Below are positions 28,043 through 38,009 of a DNA stretch of 64,000 nucleotides, piece after piece (position 1 is the stretch's first letter; each line of letters starts with the position of its first letter). Under the pieces are notes generated by a model. That model did no database searches. It was given only the letters and a program-made list of their open reading frames with translations, and was not told the DNA's origin. A program made the position numbers and the translations under genes. The stretch covers positions 384,001 to 448,000 of the forward strand of contig JAWAJB010000001.1 in NCBI GenBank assembly GCA_038888155.1, read 5' to 3'. This DNA comes from Desulfurococcaceae archaeon (GTDB lineage Archaea > Thermoproteota > Thermoprotei_A > Sulfolobales > Desulfurococcaceae).

Positions 28043-29163
28043 TGCTCTACCACCTCTAAAACCTCCTTTGGCGTGGACAAATCTATGTTTATAATAGGCG
28101 CTGAGTATACGTCTTTGTCCTTAAGTATTCGCTCAAAGTCCATGTAAAGTTTGCCCATGTTGTTCTCGACAACTATTACCTTCTTGGCTCGCCTACAGCT
28201 ACTCTTGATCTTCTCTTCGTGTAGCGGCCAGAGGGTTTTCAGCCTAAGGAACCCCGCCTTTACGTTCTTTCTCCTAATGTTGTGCACTACAACATTCACT
28301 GTCCTTGCCACTGACCCAAAAGACGCTAGAACTACGTCAGCGTCCTCGCAAAACGTTGTTTCCTGCTCGTATATGTAGTCAATTCTTCTCAGCACCTTGT
28401 TGACGAGCCTCTTCGTTAGTTCTCTCTGCGCTGAATTAGTTGGCGTGTAGAAACCGTGCTCATCGTGTGTAGCCGATTCGAATATTGTCTTGAAGCCTTG
28501 CCCGAACACTGGCATAGGGGGCACTAGATCTGGATCAGGCTTGTAAGGTAGTACCTTGGAGCCCTTCGCTGGAGTCTTCCTATTAATTATCTCTACCTCC
28601 CCCTGTTCGTAAAGAGTTAGCGGTTCCCACAGGTGGGCGAGAACAGCGTCGCTCAACAACATCACTGGGTTTCTCAGCAGCTCTGCCGTATTAAATGCCT
28701 TTATCGTGAGGTCGTACGCCTCTTGAACGTTCCAAGGAGCATAGCTGGGAACTATGTAGTCTCCGTGAGCCATCCACCTAGCCTGCAGGATGTCTGACTG
28801 AGAGCTCTTTGTTGGTATACCTGTAGACGGCCCCGTTCTCATGACGTTAACTATAATTATAGGGGTCTCCGTGATCACAGCTAGTCCAATCCCCTCAGCC
28901 ATCAGCGAGAACCCAGGCCCTGAAGTAGCTGTCATAGCCTTTACCCCTGCCCATGAAGCCCCAATAATAGAGTTTATTGCCCCTAGCTCATCTTCCATTT
29001 GCAACACGGCTCCCCCTAGCGCGGGCAACTTCTCAGCTAGGTACTCGAAGATCTCTGTGCTGGGCGTAATTGGATATCCAGCGTACAGCTTTACGCCCGC
29101 TGTTATAGCCCCCTCAGCTACAGCTACGTTACCTGAAACAAATGTTTTCCTCAAGCCAATCAC
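28033..29163 (-). CDS. 2-oxoacid:ferredoxin oxidoreductase alpha subunit
   Basis: AGYPITPSTE, QMEDE, TATSGPGFSLM and RTGPSTGIPT motifs. Confidence 0.93.
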   Translation of the reverse strand: MIGLRKTFVSGNVAVAEGAITAGVKLYAGYPITPSTEIFEYLAEKLPALGGAVLQMEDELGAINSIIGASWAGVKAMTATSGPGFSLMAEGIGLAVITETPIIIVNVMRTGPSTGIPTKSSQSDILQARWMAHGDYIVPSYAPWNVQEAYDLTIKAFNTAELLRNPVMLLSDAVLAHLWEPLTLYEQGEVEIINRKTPAKGSKVLPYKPDPDLVPPMPVFGQGFKTIFESATHDEHGFYTPTNSAQRELTKRLVNKVLRRIDYIYEQETTFCEDADVVLASFGSVARTVNVVVHNIRRKNVKAGFLRLKTLWPLHEEKIKSSCRRAKKVIVVENNMGKLYMDFERILKDKDVYSAPIINIDLSTPKEVLEVVEQWL

Positions 29164-29417
29164 CTCTTCAGCTCCTCTACGAATATAACGAAGTCAGGGC
29201 AGTGGTATTCGCAGAGCCTGCACCCAATGCACTTGTCAATATTCGCTGGCTCTGGCGGGTGGAAACCGTACTTATTTAAGGCGTTGGACGCTACAAGGAC
29301 TTTTGTAGGGCAGACCTCTATACATATGCCGCACCCTTTACACCTATCGAATATCACGTTTACTTTAAACTTACCGCTTGATCTTTGAACTATCGTTCCA
29401 GACAACGGCTTGACCAC
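29160..29417 (-). CDS. 2x[4Fe-4S] ferredoxin-like delta subunit
   Basis: CKGCGICIEVCP and CIGCRLCEYHCP. Confidence 0.93.
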   Translation of the reverse strand: MVKPLSGTIVQRSSGKFKVNVIFDRCKGCGICIEVCPTKVLVASNALNKYGFHPPEPANIDKCIGCRLCEYHCPDFVIFVEELKR

Positions 29418-29557
29418 CTTGCGTGTTTACTCACGGTAGTATTTATGAGAAGGGGGATATTTTAGGCTAACCCGAGATGTAAGCGCTACTACAAGAAGCA
29501 GACAACTACTCTGTATATAAACCTATGAGATGGTCATTTTTCGTGGGGGTAGGCTTG

Positions 29558-30109
29558 TTGATTGAGATCAGATGGCATAGTAGGGGAGGACAAGGCGGGT
29601 GGACTGCTAGCAACCTCACCTCTATGGCTGCCTCGTACGAGGGTAAGTACGTGCAGAGCTTCCCAGCCTTTGGGCCCGAGAGATCAGGGGCGCCAATACT
29701 CTCCTTTACTAGAATAAGCGACGAACCAATAGATATCCACAGCATGATTTACGAGCCCGACATAGTAGTTGTGTTGGATTACACTCTCCTCTCTCCCAAC
29801 ATCATAAGCGGGCTTAAACCGGGAGGAGCTATTATAACCAACTACACCGGAGATGTTAAACTAGCAGTGGAGAGACTAGGCGTTAAGCCTGGTGAATACA
29901 GGTTAATACTAGTTCCCGCATCTAAATTGGCAATGGAGATATTGAAGGCCAAAATAACGAACACTGCTATGTTGGCTGGCTTAGTGAAGCAGGGCGTTGT
30001 AGGGATAAACAGCGTTGAGAGGGCTATTAGGGATAGGTTCAGCGGGCAATTAGCTGAGAGGAATATAAGCTTAGTTAAGCGCTCACTAGATGAATCTGTA
30101 GAGGTGTAG
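29558..30109 (+). CDS. porG: Pyruvate/ketoisovalerate:ferredoxin oxidoreductase gamma subunit
   Basis: IEIRWHSRGGQG, FGPERSGAP and NTAML motifs; start placed at TTG. Confidence 0.88.
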   Translation: MIEIRWHSRGGQGGWTASNLTSMAASYEGKYVQSFPAFGPERSGAPILSFTRISDEPIDIHSMIYEPDIVVVLDYTLLSPNIISGLKPGGAIITNYTGDVKLAVERLGVKPGEYRLILVPASKLAMEILKAKITNTAMLAGLVKQGVVGINSVERAIRDRFSGQLAERNISLVKRSLDESVEV

Positions 30110-30112
30110 CTC

Positions 30113-30391
30113 ATGAGTTCGCTTAGAACGTGGAAGGAGATACCGATAGGCGGAGTCGCCTACAGGCTATCTACTGATGTTAAGACCGGCGAGTGGAGAG
30201 CTCTTAGGCCAGTAATTGATTACGCTAAGTGCGTTAAGTGCATGACGTGTTGGCTTTTCTGCCCAGATATGGCTATAGTGTGGAACGGCGAGAAGATCTA
30301 CATAAACTACGACTATTGCAAGGGGTGCGGCATATGCGCGCACGAGTGCCCAGCTAAAGCTATATCGATGGCTCCCGAGTGGGGTGATTGA
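30113..30391 (+). CDS. porD: Pyruvate/ketoisovalerate:ferredoxin oxidoreductase delta subunit
   Basis: KTGEWR..RPV, CVKCMTCWLFCP and YDYCKGCGICAHECP. Confidence 0.92.
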   Translation: MSSLRTWKEIPIGGVAYRLSTDVKTGEWRALRPVIDYAKCVKCMTCWLFCPDMAIVWNGEKIYINYDYCKGCGICAHECPAKAISMAPEWGD

Positions 30392-31659
30392 GAGTGAGCG
30401 CGCTCGAACTTGTACCTAAGTACCCGCGCGAGAAGCAAATGCTAATGAACTTGAACGGAGACGAGGCAGTAGCCTATGCTGTCAAGCAGAGTAATGTAGA
30501 CGTAGTTGCAGCTTACCCAATAACTCCCCAAACAATAATTGTCGAGAGATTTTCTGAGTTCGTGGCTAACGGCGAGACACACACAGAGTTCGTGGCCGTA
30601 GAGTCCGAGCACTCGGCTATGAGCGCGTGTATAGGCGCGGCGGCAACTGGAGCTAGGGCGTTTACAGCTACCTCTTCTCAGGGACTAGCGCTAATGGCTG
30701 AAATGCTCTACATAGCGTCTGGCCTAAGGCTACCAGTTGTTCTGGCCGTAGTTAATAGGGCTCTATCCGCTCCTATAAACATCCACAACGACCACAGCGA
30801 TGCTTACTTAATGAGAGACTCGGGCTTCATAATGCTGTTTGCCGAAAACGTGCAGGAGACTTACGACACAACAGTGCAGGCGTTTAAAATAGCTGAGCAC
30901 CCAGATGTACAGCTACCTGTCTCTGTACACCTAGATGGGTTCTTCCTTAGCCATACAATGGAGAATATACTAGTATTGCCGAGCGAGGCAGTACACGAGT
31001 TCCTCGGCGGGCCTAGGAAGACAGTTAAGATTGAAGTAGACTACTACAGCGAAAAAGTGAACTACGCACTAGACCCATCCAATCCTCTTTCCATTGGGAA
31101 CTTAGCCCTGTATGACTACTACTTTGAAATAAAAGTCCCACAGCTAGTAGCCATGGAGAAGGCTAGGGAGGTTATACGAGAGGTAAACAATGAGTGGTTT
31201 AAGCTAACTGGTAGGCAGTACGGCAACGGACTAGTAGAGCTCTACGGAGTCGATGGAGCAGACATAGTTTTAGTTGCCATGGGCAGTAGCGTTGGAACTA
31301 CGAGGAGCGTAATAAAGAAGTACCGCGAGAGAGGCATCAAGGTAGGGTTGCTGAAGATAAAGTCCTACAGGCCATTTCCACACAGAGATGTACAAGAGGC
31401 TCTAAGCGATGCTAAAATAGTAGCAGTAATGGATAAGGCTATAGGTCCAGGCAATTACGGAGCGCTTTACTTGGACGTAGCAACATCGCTGTACAACAGC
31501 AGCGTAAGACCAATGCTTGTGAACTACATTTACGGATTAGGCGGGAGGGATTTAGCCCCCGGTATGGTGTCTCAGATGATAGAGCAACTGCTGAACGACT
31601 TAAAGAGAGGATACGTTCCGAGCGAGGAGAGGTTAAGGCTCTTGGGGGTGAGGGGCTAA
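30388..31659 (+). CDS. porA: Pyruvate/ketoisovalerate:ferredoxin oxidoreductase alpha subunit
   Basis: AAYPITPQT, VESEHSAMS, TATSSQGL, NRALSAPINIHNDH and GLGGRD motifs. Confidence 0.92.
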   Translation: MRVSALELVPKYPREKQMLMNLNGDEAVAYAVKQSNVDVVAAYPITPQTIIVERFSEFVANGETHTEFVAVESEHSAMSACIGAAATGARAFTATSSQGLALMAEMLYIASGLRLPVVLAVVNRALSAPINIHNDHSDAYLMRDSGFIMLFAENVQETYDTTVQAFKIAEHPDVQLPVSVHLDGFFLSHTMENILVLPSEAVHEFLGGPRKTVKIEVDYYSEKVNYALDPSNPLSIGNLALYDYYFEIKVPQLVAMEKAREVIREVNNEWFKLTGRQYGNGLVELYGVDGADIVLVAMGSSVGTTRSVIKKYRERGIKVGLLKIKSYRPFPHRDVQEALSDAKIVAVMDKAIGPGNYGALYLDVATSLYNSSVRPMLVNYIYGLGGRDLAPGMVSQMIEQLLNDLKRGYVPSEERLRLLGVRG

Positions 31660-32717
31660 TGGGAGGCAAGGCTGCCTCAGAAATTCCAGCCAGGAAACCA
31701 GACACTCCATATAAGATCTGGGTATTTGAGCCAGGTAAAGTGGGGGATTTACCGCTTATACTTAACCCGAGGCAACTAGCAGAGGAGAGGAGTCCTGCGC
31801 TTTTGCCAGGCCACAGGATGTGTGCCGGTTGTACAGCGCCAATAGTTGTCAAGCTCGCTAGCTTCGCGTTCAGAGGCCCTACAATAGTGGTATCTGCAAC
31901 TGGCTGCCTCGAGGTTTCAACAACTATATACCCATATACTAGCTGGGCAGTTCCGTGGTTGCACAGCGCTTTCGAAAACTCAGCTGCTACAGCAAGCGGG
32001 GTAGAAGCAGCTATCAAGGCTCTCAAGAAAACTGGGAGGCTAATGCACGACCGCATCGATGTAGTTGTCTTCGCGGGCGATGGAGGGACATACGATATAG
32101 GGCTCCAGTCCTTGAGCGGAATGGCTGAAAGGGGACACGACGTGCTGTATATACTCTACGACAATGAAGCCTACATGAATACGGGTATCCAGAGATCTGG
32201 AGGAACGCCTAAGTTCGCGTGGACAACAACGTCCCCCGTTGGCAGCGCCTTGCCGGGTAAGGCTGAGAACAAGAAGCCAATAGCTGAAATAATGGTTGCT
32301 CATAAGATACCTTACGTTGCTACAGGTACGCCAGCGCACTGGGTTGATTTAGTTAAAAAGGTCAGGAGAGGCATTGAAGTCAATGGGCCGGGATTTCTCC
32401 ACGTTATAAGCAGCTGTAACCGCGGGTGGAGACACGAAGAAGGGGCCTCCGTTGAAGTAATTCGAAGAGCTGTAGACACGTGTTACTTCCCGCTCTGGGA
32501 GTGGAGCCCTGAAACCGGCTACATGCTGACAGATAGGAGCCTAGCAATAGCCAGAAACCCATCTATTAAACAACCAATTGAAAAATTCCTCGAGCTGCAG
32601 GGCAGATACAGGCATCTGCTGAGGCCCGAGAACAGAGGCCTCCTTAAGGAGATACAAGAATACGTTGACTTAATGTGGCAGGACCTATTGAAGAGGGCCG
32701 GCAATGTCCCCAAGTGA
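31659..32717 (+). CDS. porB: Pyruvate/ketoisovalerate:ferredoxin oxidoreductase beta subunit
   Basis: GHRMCAGC, ATGCLEV, AGDGGTYDIG and DNEAYMNTGIQRS motifs. Confidence 0.92.
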   Translation: MGGKAASEIPARKPDTPYKIWVFEPGKVGDLPLILNPRQLAEERSPALLPGHRMCAGCTAPIVVKLASFAFRGPTIVVSATGCLEVSTTIYPYTSWAVPWLHSAFENSAATASGVEAAIKALKKTGRLMHDRIDVVVFAGDGGTYDIGLQSLSGMAERGHDVLYILYDNEAYMNTGIQRSGGTPKFAWTTTSPVGSALPGKAENKKPIAEIMVAHKIPYVATGTPAHWVDLVKKVRRGIEVNGPGFLHVISSCNRGWRHEEGASVEVIRRAVDTCYFPLWEWSPETGYMLTDRSLAIARNPSIKQPIEKFLELQGRYRHLLRPENRGLLKEIQEYVDLMWQDLLKRAGNVPK

Positions 32718-33195
32718 AGCACAAATAGATAAACTCTGCGGCATTTTCAAAGAGAGTTTTTTAATAGTTGGCCTAGGCTCCCCCCTCAGGGGGGATGATC
32801 AAGCCGGTCTCCTCGTTTGCGAGGAGCTTCAAAGCCGAGGTGTTGAGTGCGTAAAATGCGAGTACGGCCTAGAGAACTGCACAGACTACGTAATGGCTAA
32901 AAAGCCACGAGCGCTTATCATGCTGGACGCTGCACTATTCGAGAATGGTTGCCCAGGGGATATCGTTGTAGCAGACGAAGGCGCTATCGCTGAAGGCAAT
33001 ATAACAATATCTACTCACAGCATCCCGCTTAGGGTAGTACTCAGTGCACTGAAATCCGAGAGAGCCTTTGAAAAAGCGTTCTTGATAGGGATATATCCTG
33101 ATCGCCTTGATCTAAGCTTAGACGTATCTAGCGCGGTGCTAACAAGCGTTAATAAATTAGCTGATTACATAAGCGCCTGCGTTAAGGGGCCCTAA
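32704..33195 (+). CDS. Hydrogenase maturation protease (HycI-like)
   Basis: GLGSPLRGDDQAG, LDAA and STHSIPL motifs. Confidence 0.85.
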   Translation: MSPSEAQIDKLCGIFKESFLIVGLGSPLRGDDQAGLLVCEELQSRGVECVKCEYGLENCTDYVMAKKPRALIMLDAALFENGCPGDIVVADEGAIAEGNITISTHSIPLRVVLSALKSERAFEKAFLIGIYPDRLDLSLDVSSAVLTSVNKLADYISACVKGP

Positions 33196-33303
33196 ATGCA
33201 TTGACTGCTTTAACTGTTAGCGCTCGCGCAACTATATTTATCGTGTAGGCGCATAGCCAGACACGCCTTAAATTTCAGTTCGCCTGCAGTTGCCGATTAA
33301 ATG

Positions 33304-34398
33304 TTAGGGGGCTCTACTAGCTCCCCAGAGAAGCGGCATTAGTAACAAAGTGGCCAGTGACTTTACTGCGAGCTTGTGGTGATCATCAAAGTCGCGCGGG
33401 GCAAGTGCATTCAGCCTCGAGAGAGCCTGTATAAAGGGAAGCGGCAGGTAATATTGCGTTCTCCTTAGGATGTCTACAATGCGTTGCTCTACAACTGTCT
33501 TGGCGTAGAATTCATGGGAGTAGTAGGAGGTATATTCTCTTAAAGAGCCCTCCTCGATGCACCTAGCAAGCGCTGGAGTTAACTTGAAAATGTAGTAGAG
33601 CCCCCCACCGGTATAGGGCTTAGTTAGCGGGACAGCGTCGCCGTGAAACACAATTCTGTTGTGTAGCACGGGGTCCCTGAGCGGTTTGTCTATAGGTATT
33701 AACCCTCCCAACTTCTCAACGATGTTAGTTACTTTGAGACCAGCTTTTCTCTCTAATATGTAGAGAAGGTAATCCACGCTGGGATTCCCTGACGCGTAGC
33801 CTACTTTTGCTAGGCTATTATCTAGCGGTATAATCCACGTGAAAAACGAGGGCAAACTTTCGCTGTACAGAATGAAAAGGGTATCAACTGGTATGCTCTG
33901 GAGCCGCGTAACTAGCTGTAAGCCGTACAAGTACTTGGATTGAGTGCCATAAAGCACTTTCTTGAAGTTGCTACTGGCGCCGTCTGATGCAACCATGATA
34001 TCGTACTCGTAAATATTACCTCCTGCTTTAACCCTGCCTAAAGACCTTGGAACGGCTTTCGCTCTGAGTAGTATTCGGTGGCCAATTGACTCTACTTTTG
34101 AAGCTATTCTCTCCTCGAGAAGAGGTCTGTTGACGTGGTATGCTATAGGCTCAGAGTGCTCTACTTTATATGTTCCAATAGGCGACCAGAACACTATTTT
34201 CCTGAAGAACCCATCTACGAGCTTAGGAGTAACTTTGCTTAGCTCCTGTGCTACGAATTTCCCCACTACTCCTGCACAGTGCCCAGGGAGACCTATTTCT
34301 CTATGTTCTTCCAGGACCAGCACGCTTTTATTGCGTATATTGAGGGCAGTGTAGAGCCCTGCAGGTCCTCCCCCAGCAATTAAAACATCGCACTTCAT
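33304..34398 (-). CDS. Geranylgeranyl reductase-like FAD oxidoreductase
   Basis: GGGPAG, EEH..IGLP.HCAG, FTWIIP and GDA...KPYTGGG motifs. Confidence 0.85.
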   Translation of the reverse strand: MKCDVLIAGGGPAGLYTALNIRNKSVLVLEEHREIGLPGHCAGVVGKFVAQELSKVTPKLVDGFFRKIVFWSPIGTYKVEHSEPIAYHVNRPLLEERIASKVESIGHRILLRAKAVPRSLGRVKAGGNIYEYDIMVASDGASSNFKKVLYGTQSKYLYGLQLVTRLQSIPVDTLFILYSESLPSFFTWIIPLDNSLAKVGYASGNPSVDYLLYILERKAGLKVTNIVEKLGGLIPIDKPLRDPVLHNRIVFHGDAVPLTKPYTGGGLYYIFKLTPALARCIEEGSLREYTSYYSHEFYAKTVVEQRIVDILRRTQYYLPLPFIQALSRLNALAPRDFDDHHKLAVKSLATLLLMPLLWGASRAP

Positions 34399-34784
34399 TA
34401 GCTTTCCTCGTAATCTCTACTAGCGTAATTTACATTGTAAGTGTTGGCTTTAAGCGCCTTAACTATGTGCTCAAATGCCTTAAAAGGATCTCCCTTTAGG
34501 CCGCAGGTGTATACATCAACGGACGCGAAGCTGTACTCAGGCCACGTGTGTATACTTACGTGGCTCTCTAGAATTACTGCTATTACGCTAACGCCCGGGT
34601 ATATTCTCCACGATTTAACATCTAGTAGGGTAAACCCACCTATGCTAACAGCTTCCTTGACAGCATTAACTAAGTATTCCTCGCTCATTAAGAGCTCTGG
34701 ATCGCAACCGTATAGCTCTCCATAGACGTGTCTCCCAATTACCTTTTTTCCGTGCTGGGAAAGCACCTGCATTTTACTCACCAT
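34398..34784 (-). CDS. speH: Pyruvoyl S-adenosylmethionine decarboxylase proenzyme
   Basis: LESH cleavage site and IHTWPEY...DVYTCG; the short SWRIYPGVS loop resembles the crenarchaeal AdoMetDC rather than the ArgDC paralogue. Confidence 0.82.
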   Translation of the reverse strand: MVSKMQVLSQHGKKVIGRHVYGELYGCDPELLMSEEYLVNAVKEAVSIGGFTLLDVKSWRIYPGVSVIAVILESHVSIHTWPEYSFASVDVYTCGLKGDPFKAFEHIVKALKANTYNVNYASRDYEES

Positions 34785-34970
34785 GAAAAAATCCCCCTAG
34801 GAAACTTATAAATTTTCCCCCCTACCCCAATACAATGAATTCTTAAGCTTGGTTTTCTCTGTTAATTGGGGGTTATTAGATAAGCTATGTTAATCGATCA
34901 TAAAACAATCGTTCTCCAGGATTATATAAAGTATTGAAGAATAGGGGGGCTAAAAAATCGAATGGGGTAT

Positions 34971-35681
34971 CTACTCCTCTGGCTCTATCTCTGGTAGCTT
35001 CTCGATGGGCTTAGCTGACACCTTTTCTCTAATGCTGTTTATTATCTTGTATACCTCGTCATACGTAACGTGCCTAGCGACTTGCATTACTCTACCTAGC
35101 TGCTCTGCGAGCACTTCTTCGGCGCTTCTGCCAGCCAGATCTAGTTTTAGCTTATCGAAGACTGCTGGAGTGGGTTCAACGACTGCTGCCTTTTTAAGCA
35201 CTAACGTATTTTCATCCACTTGAAGGATAGATGCGGCGCCTACTTCTTTCTCGTCAATCTTTATGGCGTAGACTAAATCTTCATCGAAAGTCTCACCTAG
35301 CTTAGTTACACTATACTTTACGGTCCCCACAGACAGCTCAGGCGCCTTTACTATGAACTTTTTTAGCGCCTCTTCGTATGTTTCCGGCGGCACTCTCCTA
35401 TATACCTCGATTTTTAAGGTATCCCACTTCCATGTAATAGATTTACTCGCCTCATCTAAATCGTAGTCAACAGATATCCTAACAACATCTAGCTTATCAA
35501 TTTTAAGCTCCTCAACGAGCAAGGTGAAGAGCGCTCTATTTAGCGTAGCTGCGTAGTACGCCACCTTACTTGAAAACTCCTTGTCCTTTTTTACGTGGTC
35601 CCTTAGTTGCGCGAAAATAGCCCTCCTTAGCTTGACAGCGTACACTGCGGCTGGGACGAGCCCAGAGCGAAGAGTGGGCAT
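34971..35681 (-). CDS. ThermoDBP-related (DUF2258) nucleic-acid-binding protein
   Basis: LRSGLV...YAVKLRRAIFAQ...LNRALF...KLDVVRI..DY...W.W.TLKIEVY pattern. Confidence 0.85.
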   Translation of the reverse strand: MPTLRSGLVPAAVYAVKLRRAIFAQLRDHVKKDKEFSSKVAYYAATLNRALFTLLVEELKIDKLDVVRISVDYDLDEASKSITWKWDTLKIEVYRRVPPETYEEALKKFIVKAPELSVGTVKYSVTKLGETFDEDLVYAIKIDEKEVGAASILQVDENTLVLKKAAVVEPTPAVFDKLKLDLAGRSAEEVLAEQLGRVMQVARHVTYDEVYKIINSIREKVSAKPIEKLPEIEPEE

Positions 35682-35869
35682 TGTATCCTCCTCTTTTATA
35701 ATAAAAAGTAATATTTTATATATCTAGCAGTATTTAGAGGGGGACAGCAAAAGGCCTCAGCGTGCAACATGCTTAGGCCAGTAAGCGTAGGAGACAGATC
35801 AATTGAGATGCGTCTATTAATTTAAGGCGTAGCGAACGCCTAAAAGTATGCGCATGTATTTCCTAGCGA

Positions 35870-37063
35870 TTACGCTTTGTGGGGCGTATTCAGTGTGGGC
35901 GCTCCATCGAGGACAACCTTGTTGCGGCCAGATAAGAGCATGTACGTAGAGAAGAACAAGAGAACCAGCGAGCCAGTAGTTGGGAACACTAGCGTTGCCT
36001 TTAAGGCCCCCATGTAAGATGCTCCCAGCGACATCACTAAAGGTGGCCCGACAATATTCCCGGCATCAAACATCGCTGTGTAGAACCCCGATGCAAGTCC
36101 CCTGCTCTTGTCTTTCACTCCCAAAACTGCCATGATCTGCAGCGAAGGTATAATGACTCCCGCGCCCAATCCAAATACTACCATCCACAGGACTAAGTAC
36201 CCAGAGGCAGGGTTAGCGACTATGCTCACTGCGCTTAGAGTTACTAGGACAAATCCGAGCAGCGCTGTAATCCTAAAGGGCACTTTCTTGCATATGATTG
36301 GAAAAATAAGCCTAGACGCTAGGTTTGCTACAGAGGATGCTGTAAAGGCAGTAGCTGTAATTCCCACAGCTATTCCGAGCTCTTCGTGTAGAGCGGGGAG
36401 GTAGAGTGTTATGCTGTTGTATATTGCACTGTAGCAGAGTATACTCAGCGATGCCGCTATAAAGCTCGCCTCTACTAGGTCTCTCACAGTGCCCTTTCCG
36501 CCCTCTGCGCCCCCCTTAATCTTCCCGAGAACGAGTTGGTGGAACGTTAGCGAAGCTAAAAGCATAGCACAAGACGCGTAGAATAACCACTGATAGCCAA
36601 GCGAGCTCGTAATAAAGCCCCCTATTGCTGGGCCTAGAACCATGGCTATGCCGATCATAGTTGATCTCCACGCAAGAGCGCTAGTTGACCCCTTACCTGC
36701 TAGCGCAGCTGTGTATATTGAGGCAGGTATGAAGAACGCGCTTCCTACTCCGTGAAGTATTCTCCCTAAGTACAGTATTGCAACATTTGGGGAAATCGAG
36801 TATATAATTTGCGCAGTTGTTGAACACAGAAGTCCAGCCACAATTAGCTTCTTGAGATACCCCCTATCCAGTAGAAACCCTGAGAGGGGCCTGAGCCCAA
36901 TAGCTGCAATTGAAAGGGCAGGGCCGAGTAGGGAGACCTCCTCGGGGGTGGCGCCTAAGGATACAGCGTAGCGAGATAGGAAAGGGAGTATAGTGTATAT
37001 GCCAAGGAAGAACAAGAGCGCTCCAACATTTAATATAAGCTCTAGTCTAATCGAGTTAGCCAA
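35870..37063 (-). CDS. MFS transporter
   Basis: RPLSGFLLDRG, GRILHGVG, GPAIGG and RGLASGFY motifs; about 12 TM segments. Confidence 0.92.
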   Translation of the reverse strand: MANSIRLELILNVGALLFFLGIYTILPFLSRYAVSLGATPEEVSLLGPALSIAAIGLRPLSGFLLDRGYLKKLIVAGLLCSTTAQIIYSISPNVAILYLGRILHGVGSAFFIPASIYTAALAGKGSTSALAWRSTMIGIAMVLGPAIGGFITSSLGYQWLFYASCAMLLASLTFHQLVLGKIKGGAEGGKGTVRDLVEASFIAASLSILCYSAIYNSITLYLPALHEELGIAVGITATAFTASSVANLASRLIFPIICKKVPFRITALLGFVLVTLSAVSIVANPASGYLVLWMVVFGLGAGVIIPSLQIMAVLGVKDKSRGLASGFYTAMFDAGNIVGPPLVMSLGASYMGALKATLVFPTTGSLVLLFFSTYMLLSGRNKVVLDGAPTLNTPHKA

Positions 37064-37278
37064 ATAAATTCACCTTCTTCACGAACCCCTAAAACAGCAA
37101 CTATATTATAAATTTTACCAAATAACCCTGAATAAAGGCAGTACGCCAAAGATGCGAAGAAGTGTTATCGAGGGAGTTAGCCAAGCCTACCATAGAGGGG
37201 GGCCTCAATATGAGAAACATAGTTGATTCACGCATAGGCAAGCTTATAAGGGGCGCCCGCGCCTAAAACAAAATAGAC

Positions 37279-37353
37279 GCCGCCGTAGTATAGCCCGGTC
37301 AAGTATGCGGGCCTTTCGAGCCCGTGACCCGGGTTCAAATCCCGGCGGCGGCA
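37279..37353 (+). tRNA. tRNA-Glu(TTC)
   Basis: GCCGCCG/CGGCGGC acceptor; anticodon arm CGGGC-CTTTCGA-GCCCG; TTCAAAT T loop; TTATAA box upstream. Confidence 0.97.
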
Positions 37354-37726
37354 CTTAATGTTTATCTAGCCCTCTTAACCCTTCATTTACGGAAAGTCCT
37401 GAGAACTCAAAGTGAGGTTACGGTACAGTTCTCAGGGGGGTTCAGCTCTTAGCGCAGTGAAATTATTGAGTTCTAGTATAAGAATTGAAGGATAATGAAC
37501 TCTGGCAGCATTCACTTAGGCAGAAAAAGGGAATTTTGAATAAAGCTATAGGGCGGTTGAAGCAATAGGCTCCCTGATGTGGTTAGTAAGAAGTGCGATA
37601 ACAAAAGTGAAATGATTGTATATAGAGAAATATATAGTCAACATGTAAATTAAATGGGTTTGTCTTAATTTTTACCCAGCATTAAGGTATAGAGAAAATA
37701 TTTAAGTACATAAAGTTAATCTACAT

Positions 37727-37996
37727 TTGGGGGGTAAAGTGGACGCCAAGAAGGCTATTGGCATCCTGTGTACCCTCGCCGGATCACTACTCATGGCCTA
37801 CGAGTTCGCCTACGTACGGCTAATGCAAGGCGCTATAGGCAGAGCAGGGACAGTGTCTATAGATACAATCCTAGTCGTAGTGGGATTTCACTTAATCCTA
37901 ATCGGCCCTGCCCTGTGGCTAGGAGAAACTCCGCTAGCTATAAGGAAAATGGTAGAGGTAAGAACGGGTTATAGACCTGGGGAACCTAAAGGGTGA
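37727..37996 (+). CDS. Small two-TM membrane protein, first gene of the cstA operon
   Basis: Two hydrophobic helices; TATTTAAG about 25 nt upstream; 13 bp before cstA. Confidence 0.7.
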   Translation: MGGKVDAKKAIGILCTLAGSLLMAYEFAYVRLMQGAIGRAGTVSIDTILVVVGFHLILIGPALWLGETPLAIRKMVEVRTGYRPGEPKG

Positions 37997-38009
37997 GAGG
38001 TGAAGAGCT

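Noticed and set aside
31439-32056. 205-aa minus-strand ORF
   Set aside because: Antisense to porA/porB
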